Source: Dehalococcoidales bacterium
GTDB taxonomy: Bacteria; Chloroflexota; Dehalococcoidia; Dehalococcoidales; BS750m-G39
NCBI GenBank assembly: GCA_034409905.1
Contig: DAOUMR010000081.1
Coordinates: 1 to 46,603, forward strand
DNA length: 46,603 bases
Direction: 5' to 3'
Under the pieces are notes generated by a model. That model did no database searches. It had not been told where the DNA came from and saw only the letters and a program-made list of their open reading frames with translations. Position numbers and translations under genes: made by a program. Shown piece after piece: positions 24,896 through 34,811 of the stretch (position 1 is the stretch's first letter; each line of letters opens with the position of its first letter).

Positions 24896-27601
24896 CTATT
24901 CCATCTCTCCCCAGTTGGGGCCCGTCTTGACGGCGGCTTTTAAGGGGACGCTCAAGGTCAGGGCCGAGGTCATCAACTCGGGAACGATTTCCTTCATCTC
25001 CTTGAGCTCGGCTGAGGGCACCTCGAAGATAAGCTCGTCGTGCACCTGTAGAAGCATCTTGCTCTTAAGTTTACGTTTTTCAATCTCCCGCTCCAGGTTA
25101 ATCATGGCCACCTTGATGATGTCGGCCGAGGTGCCCTGAACGGGCATATTGATGGCCATCCTCTCGGCGGCTTCCCGCACCTGGCGGTTCTGGGCGTTGA
25201 TTTCGGGGATGGACCGCCGCCGTCCCAAGATAGTCTGGACGTAGCCCGTCTTGCGGGCTTCTTCCTTGGTCGCCTCCAGGTAGCTCTTTACCCCCGGGTA
25301 TTTCTCGAAATAGGCGTTAATGAAACTGGCCGCTTCCTCCCGGGAAAGCCCTGTCGCCTGCTCCAGCCCGTATTCGCTCATGCCGTAGATAACGCCGAAG
25401 TTCACCGTCTTGGCCACCCGCCTCATCTCCGGCGTCACCTTTGACGGCTCCACCCCGAAGACCTGGGCGGCGGTGGCGGTGTGGATATCCTCGTCGTGGC
25501 GGAAGGCGCTGGTCAGGCTCTTATCCTGAGAAAGATGGGCCAGGGCGCGCAGGTCAATCTGCGAGTAGTCGGCGGAAAGCAGCTGCGAACCCTCCGGGGC
25601 GATAAAGGCCCTTCTTACCTCTTTGCCCAGCTCCCCCCGCACGGGTATGTTCTGTAAATTCGGCTCGCTCGATGACAATCTCCCCGTGGTGGTGCGCGTC
25701 TGGTTGAAGCTGGTGTGCAAACGTCCTGTCTTGGGGTTGATTAGACCAGGCAGGGCGTCTATATAGGTCGACTTTATCTTGCTCAGCTGGCGGTAGTCCA
25801 GTATCAATTCGATGACGGGGTGGATGCCGAGCAGTTCTTCCAGCACCGCCGCCCCCGTGGAATAGCCCCCCTTGGTCTTGCGGGCGGGCGTCAGATGCAG
25901 TTCCTCGAATAATACCTGGCTCAACTGCTGCGGCGAGTTGATGTTGAACTCGTGCCCGATATTATCATAAATCTCCTTCTCCACCTTGGATAGTTGTTCG
26001 CCCAGCCTTTGCGACATCTCTTTAAGCAAGCCGCTGTCCAGGGCGACGCCGTTCCTCTCCATGTGCAGCAGCACGGGCACCAGAGGCATCTCGACCTCGG
26101 CAAAGAGCTTCCAGAGCTTTTGCTCTTTTAGCTCCGCCTCAAATATCCCGGCCAGCCTCAGCGTCATGTCGGCGTCGGCGCAGGCGTAGTCGGCGGTGCG
26201 GGCGATTTCCACCTGTGACATGGGAATCTGCTTCTTACCCGCCCCGATAAGCTCGCTTATGGGCGTCATCTCCACCGCCAGGTGCTCGAAGGCGAGGGCT
26301 TTCAGGCCCATCGACTTCTCCCCCAGTAAATAGGCTGCCACCATCGAGTCGAAGCCCAGGTTGTTGACCGTTATGCCGTAGTTAGCCAGCACCGCCATGT
26401 CGTACTTGCCGTTGTGCGCCAGCTTGCTTAAATCCTTGTCTTCCATAACCGGCTTGAGCCTGGCGATAACCTCATCTAAAGGCAGCTGTGCTATCGCCTC
26501 CAGCCCGATGTGCCCCACGGGTATATAGTATGCCTCGCCCTTTGCTGGCGATAGCGATATTCCCACCAGCTTGGCCGTCATCGGGTCTAGGCCCGTGGTC
26601 TCGGTGTCGAAGGCGAAGGTCTTAGCCGCCGTCAGGCGCTTTATTAGTTTATCCAGGTCGGCGGCGCTGTTGACGATTTTGTATTCCCCCTGCGGTGGCT
26701 TGGCTTCAACGCTGGGTGCCCCCTCTACCTGGGGCAGCTTGGGCAGCAGGCTGGCGAACTCGAGCTCGCGGAGGAGCTCGGTCACCTTGTTGCGGTCGTA
26801 GTGGCTCACCCGGCAGTCATCGAGCTTTAATTCAACGGGCATCTGGGTAACGATGGTGGCCAGTTCCTGGCTCTGGCGGGCGACGGCTTCGTTATCTTTA
26901 AGCAGGGCCTGTAATTTTTCCGGTTCGACCTTATCTATATTCTCGTAGATGCCCTCGACGGAGCCGAACTGCTCGATGAGCTTGACCGCCGTCTTGGCGC
27001 CGATTCCGGTTACCCCGGGTATATTATCCGAGGGGTCGCCCACCAGCCCCTTGAGGTCGGCGATCTGCTCCGGCTTGACGCCGTACTTCTCCTTTACCGC
27101 CGCCTCGTCGAAGAGCATGGTGTCGCTGAAAGACTTTCTCGGCTTGGGGTAGAGCACCTTCACCCTGGGCGATACCAGTTGCATGGCGTCGGCATCACCG
27201 GTGACGATGATGGTCTCGACATCTTTGTCGCTGGCCTGATTACTCAGCGTGCCCAGCAGGTCGTCGGCTTCATAGCCCTCCATCTCGAAGATGGGGATGT
27301 TAAATGCTTCCACCAGCTCCCTGACCCGACCCAGCTGTCCCACCAGCTCCTGGGGGGTCTCGGGGCGGTGCACCTTGTACTGGTCGAAGAGCTTGTGGCG
27401 GAAGGTGGGCCCCTTCATGTCGAAGGCGATGGCGTAGTGGCTGGGCTTGAGCTCGTTGATTACCTTGAGCAGCATCTGGGCGAAGCCGTAGACGGCCCCC
27501 ACCATCTCGCCGCTCTTGCGCAACGTTAGCGGGGGCAAAGCGTGGAAGGCGCGGTGGAGCAGGGCGTTGCCGTCAAAGAGGACCAGAAGCGGTTTTTCCA
27601 T
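24896..27601 (-). CDS. polA: DNA polymerase I
   Basis: 901 aa with a 5'-nuclease N-terminus, 3'-5' exo region (FDTETTGL), and polymerase motifs (DYSQIDLR, KTVNFGVIYG, QVHDEL). Confidence 0.97.
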   Translation of the reverse strand: MEKPLLVLFDGNALLHRAFHALPPLTLRKSGEMVGAVYGFAQMLLKVINELKPSHYAIAFDMKGPTFRHKLFDQYKVHRPETPQELVGQLGRVRELVEAFNIPIFEMEGYEADDLLGTLSNQASDKDVETIIVTGDADAMQLVSPRVKVLYPKPRKSFSDTMLFDEAAVKEKYGVKPEQIADLKGLVGDPSDNIPGVTGIGAKTAVKLIEQFGSVEGIYENIDKVEPEKLQALLKDNEAVARQSQELATIVTQMPVELKLDDCRVSHYDRNKVTELLRELEFASLLPKLPQVEGAPSVEAKPPQGEYKIVNSAADLDKLIKRLTAAKTFAFDTETTGLDPMTAKLVGISLSPAKGEAYYIPVGHIGLEAIAQLPLDEVIARLKPVMEDKDLSKLAHNGKYDMAVLANYGITVNNLGFDSMVAAYLLGEKSMGLKALAFEHLAVEMTPISELIGAGKKQIPMSQVEIARTADYACADADMTLRLAGIFEAELKEQKLWKLFAEVEMPLVPVLLHMERNGVALDSGLLKEMSQRLGEQLSKVEKEIYDNIGHEFNINSPQQLSQVLFEELHLTPARKTKGGYSTGAAVLEELLGIHPVIELILDYRQLSKIKSTYIDALPGLINPKTGRLHTSFNQTRTTTGRLSSSEPNLQNIPVRGELGKEVRRAFIAPEGSQLLSADYSQIDLRALAHLSQDKSLTSAFRHDEDIHTATAAQVFGVEPSKVTPEMRRVAKTVNFGVIYGMSEYGLEQATGLSREEAASFINAYFEKYPGVKSYLEATKEEARKTGYVQTILGRRRSIPEINAQNRQVREAAERMAINMPVQGTSADIIKVAMINLEREIEKRKLKSKMLLQVHDELIFEVPSAELKEMKEIVPELMTSALTLSVPLKAAVKTGPNWGEME

Positions 27602-27638
27602 GAGTCTATTATAGCAGAGGGGGAAGGTGGGGGATAGA

Positions 27639-28271
27639 CTAAAAATCCTGCCGTTGGGCTTTGGGCAGGGGTCTCAGGTAGGAGGTGTCGTTGTGCTTTA
27701 TCAGCACAAAGCGCCCGTCCTGGTGGCTAAAGGTGGTCGTTCCGCAGGTATCCAGTCTTATGTTCCAGAAATGGGAGTTGTCCAGCCCCAGCAAGGCGCA
27801 AATCAGGACCTTGTTCACCACCCGGTGCGATACCAGCACCACCCTTTCCCGGTGTTTGGCCACTATCCCGTTCACAACTTTTAAGGCTCTTTCCCTGACC
27901 CCGTCCAGGCTTTCGCCGCCGGGTATCTTGACCAGGTGCGGGCTTTCCGCCCACTGCCGGTAGAGCTCTTTATATTTCTCCCTGACCTCCTTGAGATGCA
28001 AGCCCTGCCACTGGCCGAAGTCGCCGTCAATAAGCCCGGGGCTGGTCTCCACCTTGAGCTTGTGGCGGCGGGCAATGGCTTCCGCCGTGTCTAAGGCTCG
28101 CTTTAGCGGTGATGAGTAAACGGCCTCTATCTTTAGCTCGCTCAAATGTTCCGCCAAAAGTTCTGCCTGCCGCCGTCCCGTCTCGTTAAGCTCCACGTCA
28201 ACCCGGCCCCGGAATACCTCCTCCACGTTCCACTCGGTTTCCCCGTGCCTGGCCAGGGTGATTTCGGTCAT
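27639..28271 (-). CDS. Histidine phosphatase family protein (GpmB/CobC-like)
   Basis: LARHGETEWN RHG motif. 210 aa. Confidence 0.85.
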   Translation of the reverse strand: MTEITLARHGETEWNVEEVFRGRVDVELNETGRRQAELLAEHLSELKIEAVYSSPLKRALDTAEAIARRHKLKVETSPGLIDGDFGQWQGLHLKEVREKYKELYRQWAESPHLVKIPGGESLDGVRERALKVVNGIVAKHRERVVLVSHRVVNKVLICALLGLDNSHFWNIRLDTCGTTTFSHQDGRFVLIKHNDTSYLRPLPKAQRQDF

Positions 28272-28275
28272 AAGG

Positions 28276-28542
28276 TCAGTCCTTCTTTTCCTCCTCCTCT
28301 ATCTTCTCCACCTCGATGGTGCACTCGGTGACCAGGGCGGCGAAAGCCCCCAGCGCCGCCAGCAGGGGCGCTACCAGTATGGTTACCGCCGCCACGGGCG
28401 CTCCCACTGTCAGCGGAATCTCGAGCACCGTCCGTTTTTCGTGGATAATGCGCACCCTTCTGATGTTGCCTTCGTGGATGAGCTGTTTGACCTTCTCGAC
28501 TACTTTGTCACCGTCTATGGTGAACTTTTCCGTTTTGGCCAT
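28276..28542 (-). CDS. DUF4342 domain protein
   Basis: KVKQLIHEGNIRRVRIIHEKRTVLEIPLTVG followed by a hydrophobic stretch. 88 aa. Confidence 0.7.
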   Translation of the reverse strand: MAKTEKFTIDGDKVVEKVKQLIHEGNIRRVRIIHEKRTVLEIPLTVGAPVAAVTILVAPLLAALGAFAALVTECTIEVEKIEEEEKKD

Positions 28543-28678
28543 GTCTTTAACCTCCTAAAGGGTATGTTAGATTTGTTTCCAGCGTTGTGTCAAGAGAGCT
28601 TTAGCCGTGAGGAGGATTGTAAAAGTGGCCGTTCTGTATGATAATATCTCTGACTAAAGGTCATTTCGTAGAGTCGGC

Positions 28679-29647
28679 ATGCTAACCTACATACTGTTTG
28701 CCATCGGTTTTGCCCTTCTTATCAAAGGGGCGGGCTGGCTTGTTGACGGAGCCTCGGCATTAGCCGGAAGATTAAGGGTATCCAGCCTGATAATCGGCTT
28801 GACCATCGTTGCCTTTGGCACTTCCACCCCCGAGCTGGGGGTCAACCTGTACGCCAGCTTTCAGGGAACTACCGATATTGCCATCAGCAATATCCTGGGG
28901 AGCAATATCTTTAATATCCTCTTTATCCTTGGCGTCTCAGCCATTATTTATCCTCTTTTGGTCAGAGAGGATACGGTTTGGAAACAAATCCCTCTGACCC
29001 TCTTGGCGGCGTTAGTCCTCGGCATTCTGGCTAATGATGCGCTAATAGACAAGGCCAGTTTGTCGGTTTTAACCAGAATAGACGGCATAATATTCCTAAT
29101 CTTCTTCATGATTTTTATGTATTATATTTTCGAGTCGGCCAGAGGGGAACGCAAAGAAGGCGTGAAACTGGCCACCGGCACCAAGCAATATGGGCTTATC
29201 AAAACCATATCATTTATTATTTTGGGACTCGTCTGTTTAAGTCTGGGGTCAAAGTGGATGGTTGACGGTGCCGTTAAGCTGGCCGAAGCACTAGGCGCTA
29301 GCCAATCACTAATCGGGTTGACCATAGTTGCCGTTGGGACCTCCCTACCCGAACTGGCGACTTCGGCTGTGGCGGCATACCGGAAAAATGCCGGCATTGC
29401 CGTCGGTAACATCGTCGGCTCAAACATCTTTAACATCTTCTTCATACTGGGCATAAGCTCAGTGGTGAGGCCGCTACCCTTTAGCACCGCCAGCAACATA
29501 GATACCGGCGTGACCATCATGGCTTCAGCGCTGCTATTCGTTTTCATGTTTACCGGTGCCAAAAGGCATCTGTTGGAAAGGTGGGAGGGCATTATTTTTA
29601 TCACCCTCTACGTCGGCTTTATTGCCTATTCCATCCTGCGGGGATAG
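28679..29647 (+). CDS. Ca2+/Na+ antiporter, CaCA family (YrbG-like)
   Basis: Alpha-repeat motifs GTSTPEL and GTSLPEL, with about 10 TM helices. Confidence 0.9.
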   Translation: MLTYILFAIGFALLIKGAGWLVDGASALAGRLRVSSLIIGLTIVAFGTSTPELGVNLYASFQGTTDIAISNILGSNIFNILFILGVSAIIYPLLVREDTVWKQIPLTLLAALVLGILANDALIDKASLSVLTRIDGIIFLIFFMIFMYYIFESARGERKEGVKLATGTKQYGLIKTISFIILGLVCLSLGSKWMVDGAVKLAEALGASQSLIGLTIVAVGTSLPELATSAVAAYRKNAGIAVGNIVGSNIFNIFFILGISSVVRPLPFSTASNIDTGVTIMASALLFVFMFTGAKRHLLERWEGIIFITLYVGFIAYSILRG

Positions 29648-29704
29648 CCATTCCAACCGCAAACTCCAGTTGAATATTTCCTTTTTCGTGATATACTTTA
29701 GGGC

Positions 29705-30643
29705 ATGAAGGGCAAAGACCTGCTCTCGATAACCGATTTAGAGGCTGAGGACATTCGCCTGCTCATAGCCGATGCCATCAGTCTCAAGTCTCAGGGCTGG
29801 CTCGACATGCTCAAGGGCAAGTCGCTGGCGATAATGTTCGAAAAGCCCTCGCTGCGGACGCGCATCAGCTTCGAGCTGGCCATGCGCCAGCTGGGCGGGG
29901 AGACGGTTTATCTCTCTCCGGCTGAGGTGGGGCTGGGGGGGCGGGAATCGGTGCCCGACGTGGCGCGCGTGCTCAGCCGCTATGTGGATGCCATCGCCGC
30001 CCGCACCTTTGCCCACAAGAGCCTGGAGGTGCTGGCCGAATATTCAGCGGTGCCGGTGATAAACGCCCTCTCTGACTGGGAGCACCCCTGCCAGGCTCTG
30101 GCCGACCTGCTCACCATCGCCGAGAAAAAGGGCGAGCTCCGGGGCTTGACGCTGGCTTTTATCGGCGATAGTAACAACACGGCGCGCAGCCTGATGCTGG
30201 CGGCTTCGCTTGTCGGGATGAACTTCCGCATCGCCTCCCCCGCTGCCTACGCCATTGACGAAGAAACGCTGAACCTGGCGCGGAGCCATTGTGCCGACGG
30301 CGGCATACTATGCACCGAAGAGCCGCGGCTGGCGGTGGAGGGGGCGGATATCGTCTATACCGATGTCTGGGCCAGCATGGGGCAGGAAAACGAGGCTAAA
30401 AAGAGGCGCAAGGCGTTCGCCAAATACCAGGTGGATGCCTCACTATTCTCACTGGCTAAGGCAAACGCCATATTCATGCACGACCTTCCCGCTCATCGCG
30501 GCGAGGAAGTGACCGACGAGGTTATCGACGGCGCGCGCTCGGTGGTCTTCGACCAGGCGGAGAACAGGCTTCACGCCCAGAAGGCGCTGCTGGCGGCGAT
30601 GCTGGGCGGCCTGGAGATTCCGCTGGCTGGCTACTATCGTTAG
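29705..30643 (+). CDS. argF: Ornithine carbamoyltransferase
   Basis: SLRTR, HPCQ, DVWASMG (DxxxSMG) and HDLPAHRGEE motifs. Confidence 0.85.
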   Translation: MKGKDLLSITDLEAEDIRLLIADAISLKSQGWLDMLKGKSLAIMFEKPSLRTRISFELAMRQLGGETVYLSPAEVGLGGRESVPDVARVLSRYVDAIAARTFAHKSLEVLAEYSAVPVINALSDWEHPCQALADLLTIAEKKGELRGLTLAFIGDSNNTARSLMLAASLVGMNFRIASPAAYAIDEETLNLARSHCADGGILCTEEPRLAVEGADIVYTDVWASMGQENEAKKRRKAFAKYQVDASLFSLAKANAIFMHDLPAHRGEEVTDEVIDGARSVVFDQAENRLHAQKALLAAMLGGLEIPLAGYYR

Positions 30644-30663
30644 GGGCTAAAAAGGGGGCAGCT

Positions 30664-31383
30664 ATGTACGTATTATCGACCATAGTAAGATGGGGCTGGT
30701 GCCCGATTCTGATTACCGCCGTGGCCATTATCGGCCGTCAATACGAATGGCCGCTCTGGGTCCTGGCGGTGGTAATGGTGGTACTCCTCATTATCGGTTT
30801 GACCGTGGCCGTAAGTACCGCCCGGGATAGGGCGGTGGAGCGCGCCTCGATGAGGCTCAAGCAGCTGGCGGGATATTTCAACCGCCGCTTCACCGGCGAT
30901 TCCTCGTTGTCTATCTTCGTCATCATCCGCAGCCTGCTTACCAGCGATAACGCCCGGGTCTGGGGCTGGGCGCGGGAGACCGAGGTGGCGCAGCGCATCT
31001 TCAATACCTGGTGCGACAGCTTCACCGACCGGGTGGAGAGCGACATCAGGACGCGGCGCTTTATCCTCTACCTGCGCACCTACCAGAGCGAGCTCTGGCT
31101 GATAAACAGCCACTACAACGAGTTCATGGAGCAGTTTTACGAGGTGGCGACGAGCATGCCGCTGCCCCCGGAGCTTATCGACCAGTACAACCGACTGGTG
31201 GAAGAATACAACGCCTTCGTTCAGAACTTCCGGGATAATATCGCCGAGCTGAGGCGGGTGGCGCGGACCGAGATTGAGCCCCCCAGCGTAAAGTTTGCCA
31301 AGGCGCTGCCGGCGGGGCGAACTACCCGTGAGGAAGAGCCCCCGCCCCCGCCAACGACCCCGGGAAAGAAGCGTCCTTTTTAA
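30664..31383 (+). CDS. Hypothetical membrane-anchored protein (2 N-terminal TM helices, helical C-terminal domain, Pro-rich tail)
   Basis: 239-aa ORF with host-like composition. No recognisable motifs. Confidence 0.6.
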   Translation: MYVLSTIVRWGWCPILITAVAIIGRQYEWPLWVLAVVMVVLLIIGLTVAVSTARDRAVERASMRLKQLAGYFNRRFTGDSSLSIFVIIRSLLTSDNARVWGWARETEVAQRIFNTWCDSFTDRVESDIRTRRFILYLRTYQSELWLINSHYNEFMEQFYEVATSMPLPPELIDQYNRLVEEYNAFVQNFRDNIAELRRVARTEIEPPSVKFAKALPAGRTTREEEPPPPPTTPGKKRPF

Positions 31384-31424
31384 TCGCCTATTGACGATTG
31401 CTCCCCCAAGAGGAGGTTGAAGCG

Positions 31425-31685
31425 ATGAAGCTAGCTATTTCTCAGATAGTTTTGGGGTCTTTGGTGGCGGTTTTCTCCTTAATCGTCACCATTCAGGCTT
31501 TCCCCACCACTTTCTCCCTGCCTACCGATGAGAGTGGTATTGAACACGCCCTGTTTGCCTATCCATCCCTGACTCTCGCCCACGTAAGCGCCTTCCTGGC
31601 CCTGTTTCTGGGACTGGCGGTGCTCGGCTGCGGCATCGCCCAGCTCCTCAAGGCGAGGCGAGCCAAAAGGGCGAAAGCCCGTTAA
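31425..31685 (+). CDS. Small membrane protein (2 TM helices, basic tail)
   Basis: ATG 31425 lies 8 nt after AGGAGG. MKLAISQIVLGSLVAVFSLIV... Confidence 0.55.
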   Translation: MKLAISQIVLGSLVAVFSLIVTIQAFPTTFSLPTDESGIEHALFAYPSLTLAHVSAFLALFLGLAVLGCGIAQLLKARRAKRAKAR

Positions 31686-31752
31686 GGAGTCCTTTTCCCT
31701 TTCTAGTAAAAGAGAGGCGGAGCTATCGCTTTCGTTACGGAGTCTCTAGAAT

Positions 31753-33066
31753 ATGCCTAAGCCAATCGTCGCCATTGTCGGGCGGCAGAACGTGGGCAAG
31801 TCCACGCTCCTAAACCGCCTGGCGGGCAAGAGAATCGCCATCGTGGCCGATATGCCGGGCACGACGCGCGACCGTGTCTTTGCCGACGTTTCCTGGCAGG
31901 ATAACAGCTTCACCCTGGTCGATACCGGTGGCCTTGAGGTGAAACCCAGCTCCACCATCGGCCAGGGCGTCAAGGAGCAGGTACAGGCCGCCATCGCCGA
32001 AGCCGACGTCATCATCTTTCTGGTCGATAGCGAGGCCGGTATCATCCCCGCCGACCTTGAGATTACCGAAATGCTGCGCCGTTCGGCTAAGCCCATAATC
32101 CTGGCGGCCAACAAATCGGATAACCCCAAGCGGGAAAGCCAGGCCGTCGAGTTCTACGAAATGGGCTTGGGCGAGCCGCTGGCTATCTCCGCCTATCACG
32201 GGCGAGGCACCGCCGAGCTTTTGGATAGGGTCGGCGCCCTGCTGCCCACTCCTGAAGAAGCAGAGGCAGGCGCCGAAATCATGAAACTGGCCATCGTGGG
32301 GCGACCTAACGTGGGCAAATCGACGCTCTTAAACAGTCTGCTCGGCGAAGAGCGGGCTATTGTCGATAAAACCCCCGGGACCACCCACGATGCCGTCAAT
32401 ACCCTACTTGACTTTGGTGGTCAAAGTGTGATAGTTATTGATACCGCTGGAATTCGGCGGCGAGGTCGGTGGGGAAAAGGAGTAGAGCGTTACAGCGTAA
32501 TTAGAGCCCTAAGGGCTATTGATGAAGCCGATATAGTTCTACTCGTCCTTGACGCCACCGAGCTCTTAACCTCTCAGGACGAACATATTGCTGGTTATAT
32601 CCAGCAGGCGGCTAAAGGGGTTATTCTGGTCGTCAATAAGTGGGACCTGGCGGTAAACCAGGATATGAAAGAAACTAATAACTATATAAGAAAAAAGCTG
32701 AAGTTCCTGAGCTACGCGCCCGTAATCTATAGCTCGGCTAAGTTCGGACAGGGTGTGGATAGGGTCATGCCCCAGGCGTTTGAGGTCTATCAGGAAAGGC
32801 AGAAACGCATCGCCACCACCGAGGTCAACAGCGTGGTCCAGCGGGCGGTGGCGGCGCATAACCTGCCCCGAAAGGGCAAAAAGCAGCTCAAGATTCTCTA
32901 CGCCACTCAGGCCGAGGTCAGTCCCCCCACCTTCGTCTTCTTCGTCAACGAACCTGGGCTCATCCACTTCTCCTACCAGCACTACCTGGAAAACAAGCTG
33001 CGTCAGGCGTTCGGCTTCGCCGGCACGCCCTTACGCTTCGTCTTCAAGACCCGAGGTGAGCCGTGA
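31753..33066 (+). CDS. der: Ribosome-associated GTPase Der (EngA)
   Basis: Two G domains (GRQNVGKST and GRPNVGKST) plus a KH-like C-terminus. Confidence 0.95.
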   Translation: MPKPIVAIVGRQNVGKSTLLNRLAGKRIAIVADMPGTTRDRVFADVSWQDNSFTLVDTGGLEVKPSSTIGQGVKEQVQAAIAEADVIIFLVDSEAGIIPADLEITEMLRRSAKPIILAANKSDNPKRESQAVEFYEMGLGEPLAISAYHGRGTAELLDRVGALLPTPEEAEAGAEIMKLAIVGRPNVGKSTLLNSLLGEERAIVDKTPGTTHDAVNTLLDFGGQSVIVIDTAGIRRRGRWGKGVERYSVIRALRAIDEADIVLLVLDATELLTSQDEHIAGYIQQAAKGVILVVNKWDLAVNQDMKETNNYIRKKLKFLSYAPVIYSSAKFGQGVDRVMPQAFEVYQERQKRIATTEVNSVVQRAVAAHNLPRKGKKQLKILYATQAEVSPPTFVFFVNEPGLIHFSYQHYLENKLRQAFGFAGTPLRFVFKTRGEP

Positions 33067-33764
33067 CAGTTATAATCTTCAAGCTCATAGCGGTAGTGAT
33101 CATCGGTTACCTGCTGGGCTCTATTCCCATCGGCTACCTCTTGACTCGGCGGCAGACCAAGGTGGACATCAGGGCTTACGGCAGCGGCAAGACCGGGGCA
33201 ACCAACGTGCTCCGAACCGTCGGCCGCAAGTGGGCCATTCTGGTAGCTGCCCTGGATATATGCAAGGGGGCGCTGGCGGTGGTGATTGCCGGCTTAATCG
33301 TCGGCAGCGACTACCTCCTTGTCGGCAACTCCGGGCTCTGGTGGTTGCTCACCAGCGCCCAGGTGCTGGCGGCGCTGGCGGCAGTAGCCGGCCACATCTG
33401 GTCGCCCTTCCTCAAGTTCAAGGGGGGCCGGGGCGTGGCCACATTCTTCGGCGGCCTGGTCGCCCTCTGTCCGGTGGCGGCGCTCTTCGGCGGCGAGGTC
33501 CTGATTATCGGCGCTGGTCTTACCCGCTTCGTCTCGCTGGGCTCCATTGCCGGGGCGGTGGGCAGCTACGCCATTCTGGTCCCGCTGACCATTCTCAACG
33601 GCTTCCCCGTCGAGTACCTCTTCTACGCCGTGGCGGGCGGAGTCATCATCTTTATTATGCACCGCGATAATATCCGACGCTTGATATCGGGCAAGGAGCG
33701 CAAACTCGGCGATAAGGAGGAGGTGGGTCTGCCTCCCCCCAACGTCACCAAGGGAGCAAAATAG
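33063..33764 (+). CDS. plsY: Glycerol-3-phosphate acyltransferase PlsY
   Basis: GSGKTGATNVLR and KGGRGVAT motifs. GTGA overlap with der. Confidence 0.9.
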   Translation: MTVIIFKLIAVVIIGYLLGSIPIGYLLTRRQTKVDIRAYGSGKTGATNVLRTVGRKWAILVAALDICKGALAVVIAGLIVGSDYLLVGNSGLWWLLTSAQVLAALAAVAGHIWSPFLKFKGGRGVATFFGGLVALCPVAALFGGEVLIIGAGLTRFVSLGSIAGAVGSYAILVPLTILNGFPVEYLFYAVAGGVIIFIMHRDNIRRLISGKERKLGDKEEVGLPPPNVTKGAK

Positions 33765-33767
33765 GGC

Positions 33768-34808
33768 ATGGCCGGGGTCGCCATAATAGGTACCACCACC
33801 TGGGGGATGACCCTGGGGGTGGTACTGGCGCGTAATGGGCTTGATGTCAGGCTCTGGGCGCGCACCGAGCAGGAATGCCTCCGCCTGAAGAACGGCCAGC
33901 ATCACGCCGAAGCCGTCTCCGGAGTTACCCTTCCCGAAAAGCTCACGATTAGCGCCTCGCTGCCCGATGTCCTGGACGACGCCGAAGCCGTCATTATGGC
34001 CGTCCCCTCCCAGAGGATGCGCGACAACATAAAGGCCGTCTCCGGCTACCTCAAGGGCTCAATGCTGGTGGTGAGCGCGGCTAAGGGCCTGGAGATTGAC
34101 AGCAACAAGCGGATGTCCCAGGTCATCGCCGACGAGATAAGCCCCAGCTTCTGGCCCAATATCTGCGTCCACTCCGGTCCCAATCTTTCCGCCGAGATTC
34201 TTCAGGGGCTGCCCGCGGTGGCGGTGGTGGCGGCCTGGAACGAGATAATCGCCCACAAGGCGCAAAAGCTGCTCAACACTCCCAGTATCTGTCTCTATAC
34301 CAACAACGATGTCATCGGCGTCGAGCTGGGCGGGGCGCTCAAGAATATCATCGCTTTGGGCGCGGGCATCGCCGACGGCTTAGGTTACGGCGATAACGCC
34401 AAGGCGGCGCTGATTACCCGCGGGCTTACCGAGATAACGGCGCTGGGCGTTGCCCTGGGCGCTAATCCCCTCACCTTTTCCGGGCTTACCGGCTTAGGCG
34501 ACCTCATCGCCACCTGCTCCAGCCCCTTGAGCCGCAATCACTACGTCGGCGTAGAACTGACCAAGGGACGCTCACTAAAGGAAATTCTGGAGTCAATGAC
34601 CGGCGTGGCCGAGGGGGTAGGCACCACCATCGTCGCCCACAAGCTGGCCAAGCAGTTCGAGCTGGAGATGCCCGTCACCGAACGTATTTACAAGGTGCTT
34701 TATAAGAAGCTCGACCCCCACAAGGCGGCGCTGGAGCTGATGGAAGCTGAAGCCAGGCACGAGCTGATGGGTCGGCGCTGGCGGCTGTTCTCGCTATTCC
34801 GCCACTAA
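33768..34808 (+). CDS. gpsA: NAD(P)H-dependent glycerol-3-phosphate dehydrogenase
   Basis: GALKNIIALGAGI and GLGDLIATC motifs. Confidence 0.93.
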   Translation: MAGVAIIGTTTWGMTLGVVLARNGLDVRLWARTEQECLRLKNGQHHAEAVSGVTLPEKLTISASLPDVLDDAEAVIMAVPSQRMRDNIKAVSGYLKGSMLVVSAAKGLEIDSNKRMSQVIADEISPSFWPNICVHSGPNLSAEILQGLPAVAVVAAWNEIIAHKAQKLLNTPSICLYTNNDVIGVELGGALKNIIALGAGIADGLGYGDNAKAALITRGLTEITALGVALGANPLTFSGLTGLGDLIATCSSPLSRNHYVGVELTKGRSLKEILESMTGVAEGVGTTIVAHKLAKQFELEMPVTERIYKVLYKKLDPHKAALELMEAEARHELMGRRWRLFSLFRH

Positions 34809-34811
34809 GCT

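Noticed and set aside
29648-29704. Possible ArgR operator upstream of argF (AGTTGAATATTTCC)
   Set aside because: Only a half-site-like TGAAT is present and there is no dyad symmetry. TTGAAT-N16-TATACT is more simply a promoter.
32753-33670. 305-aa ORF overlapping the 3' end of der and most of plsY in another frame
   Set aside because: The translation is Arg/Pro/Gly/Ser-rich, typical of off-frame ORFs in GC-rich coding DNA. der and plsY have clear motifs in their own frames.
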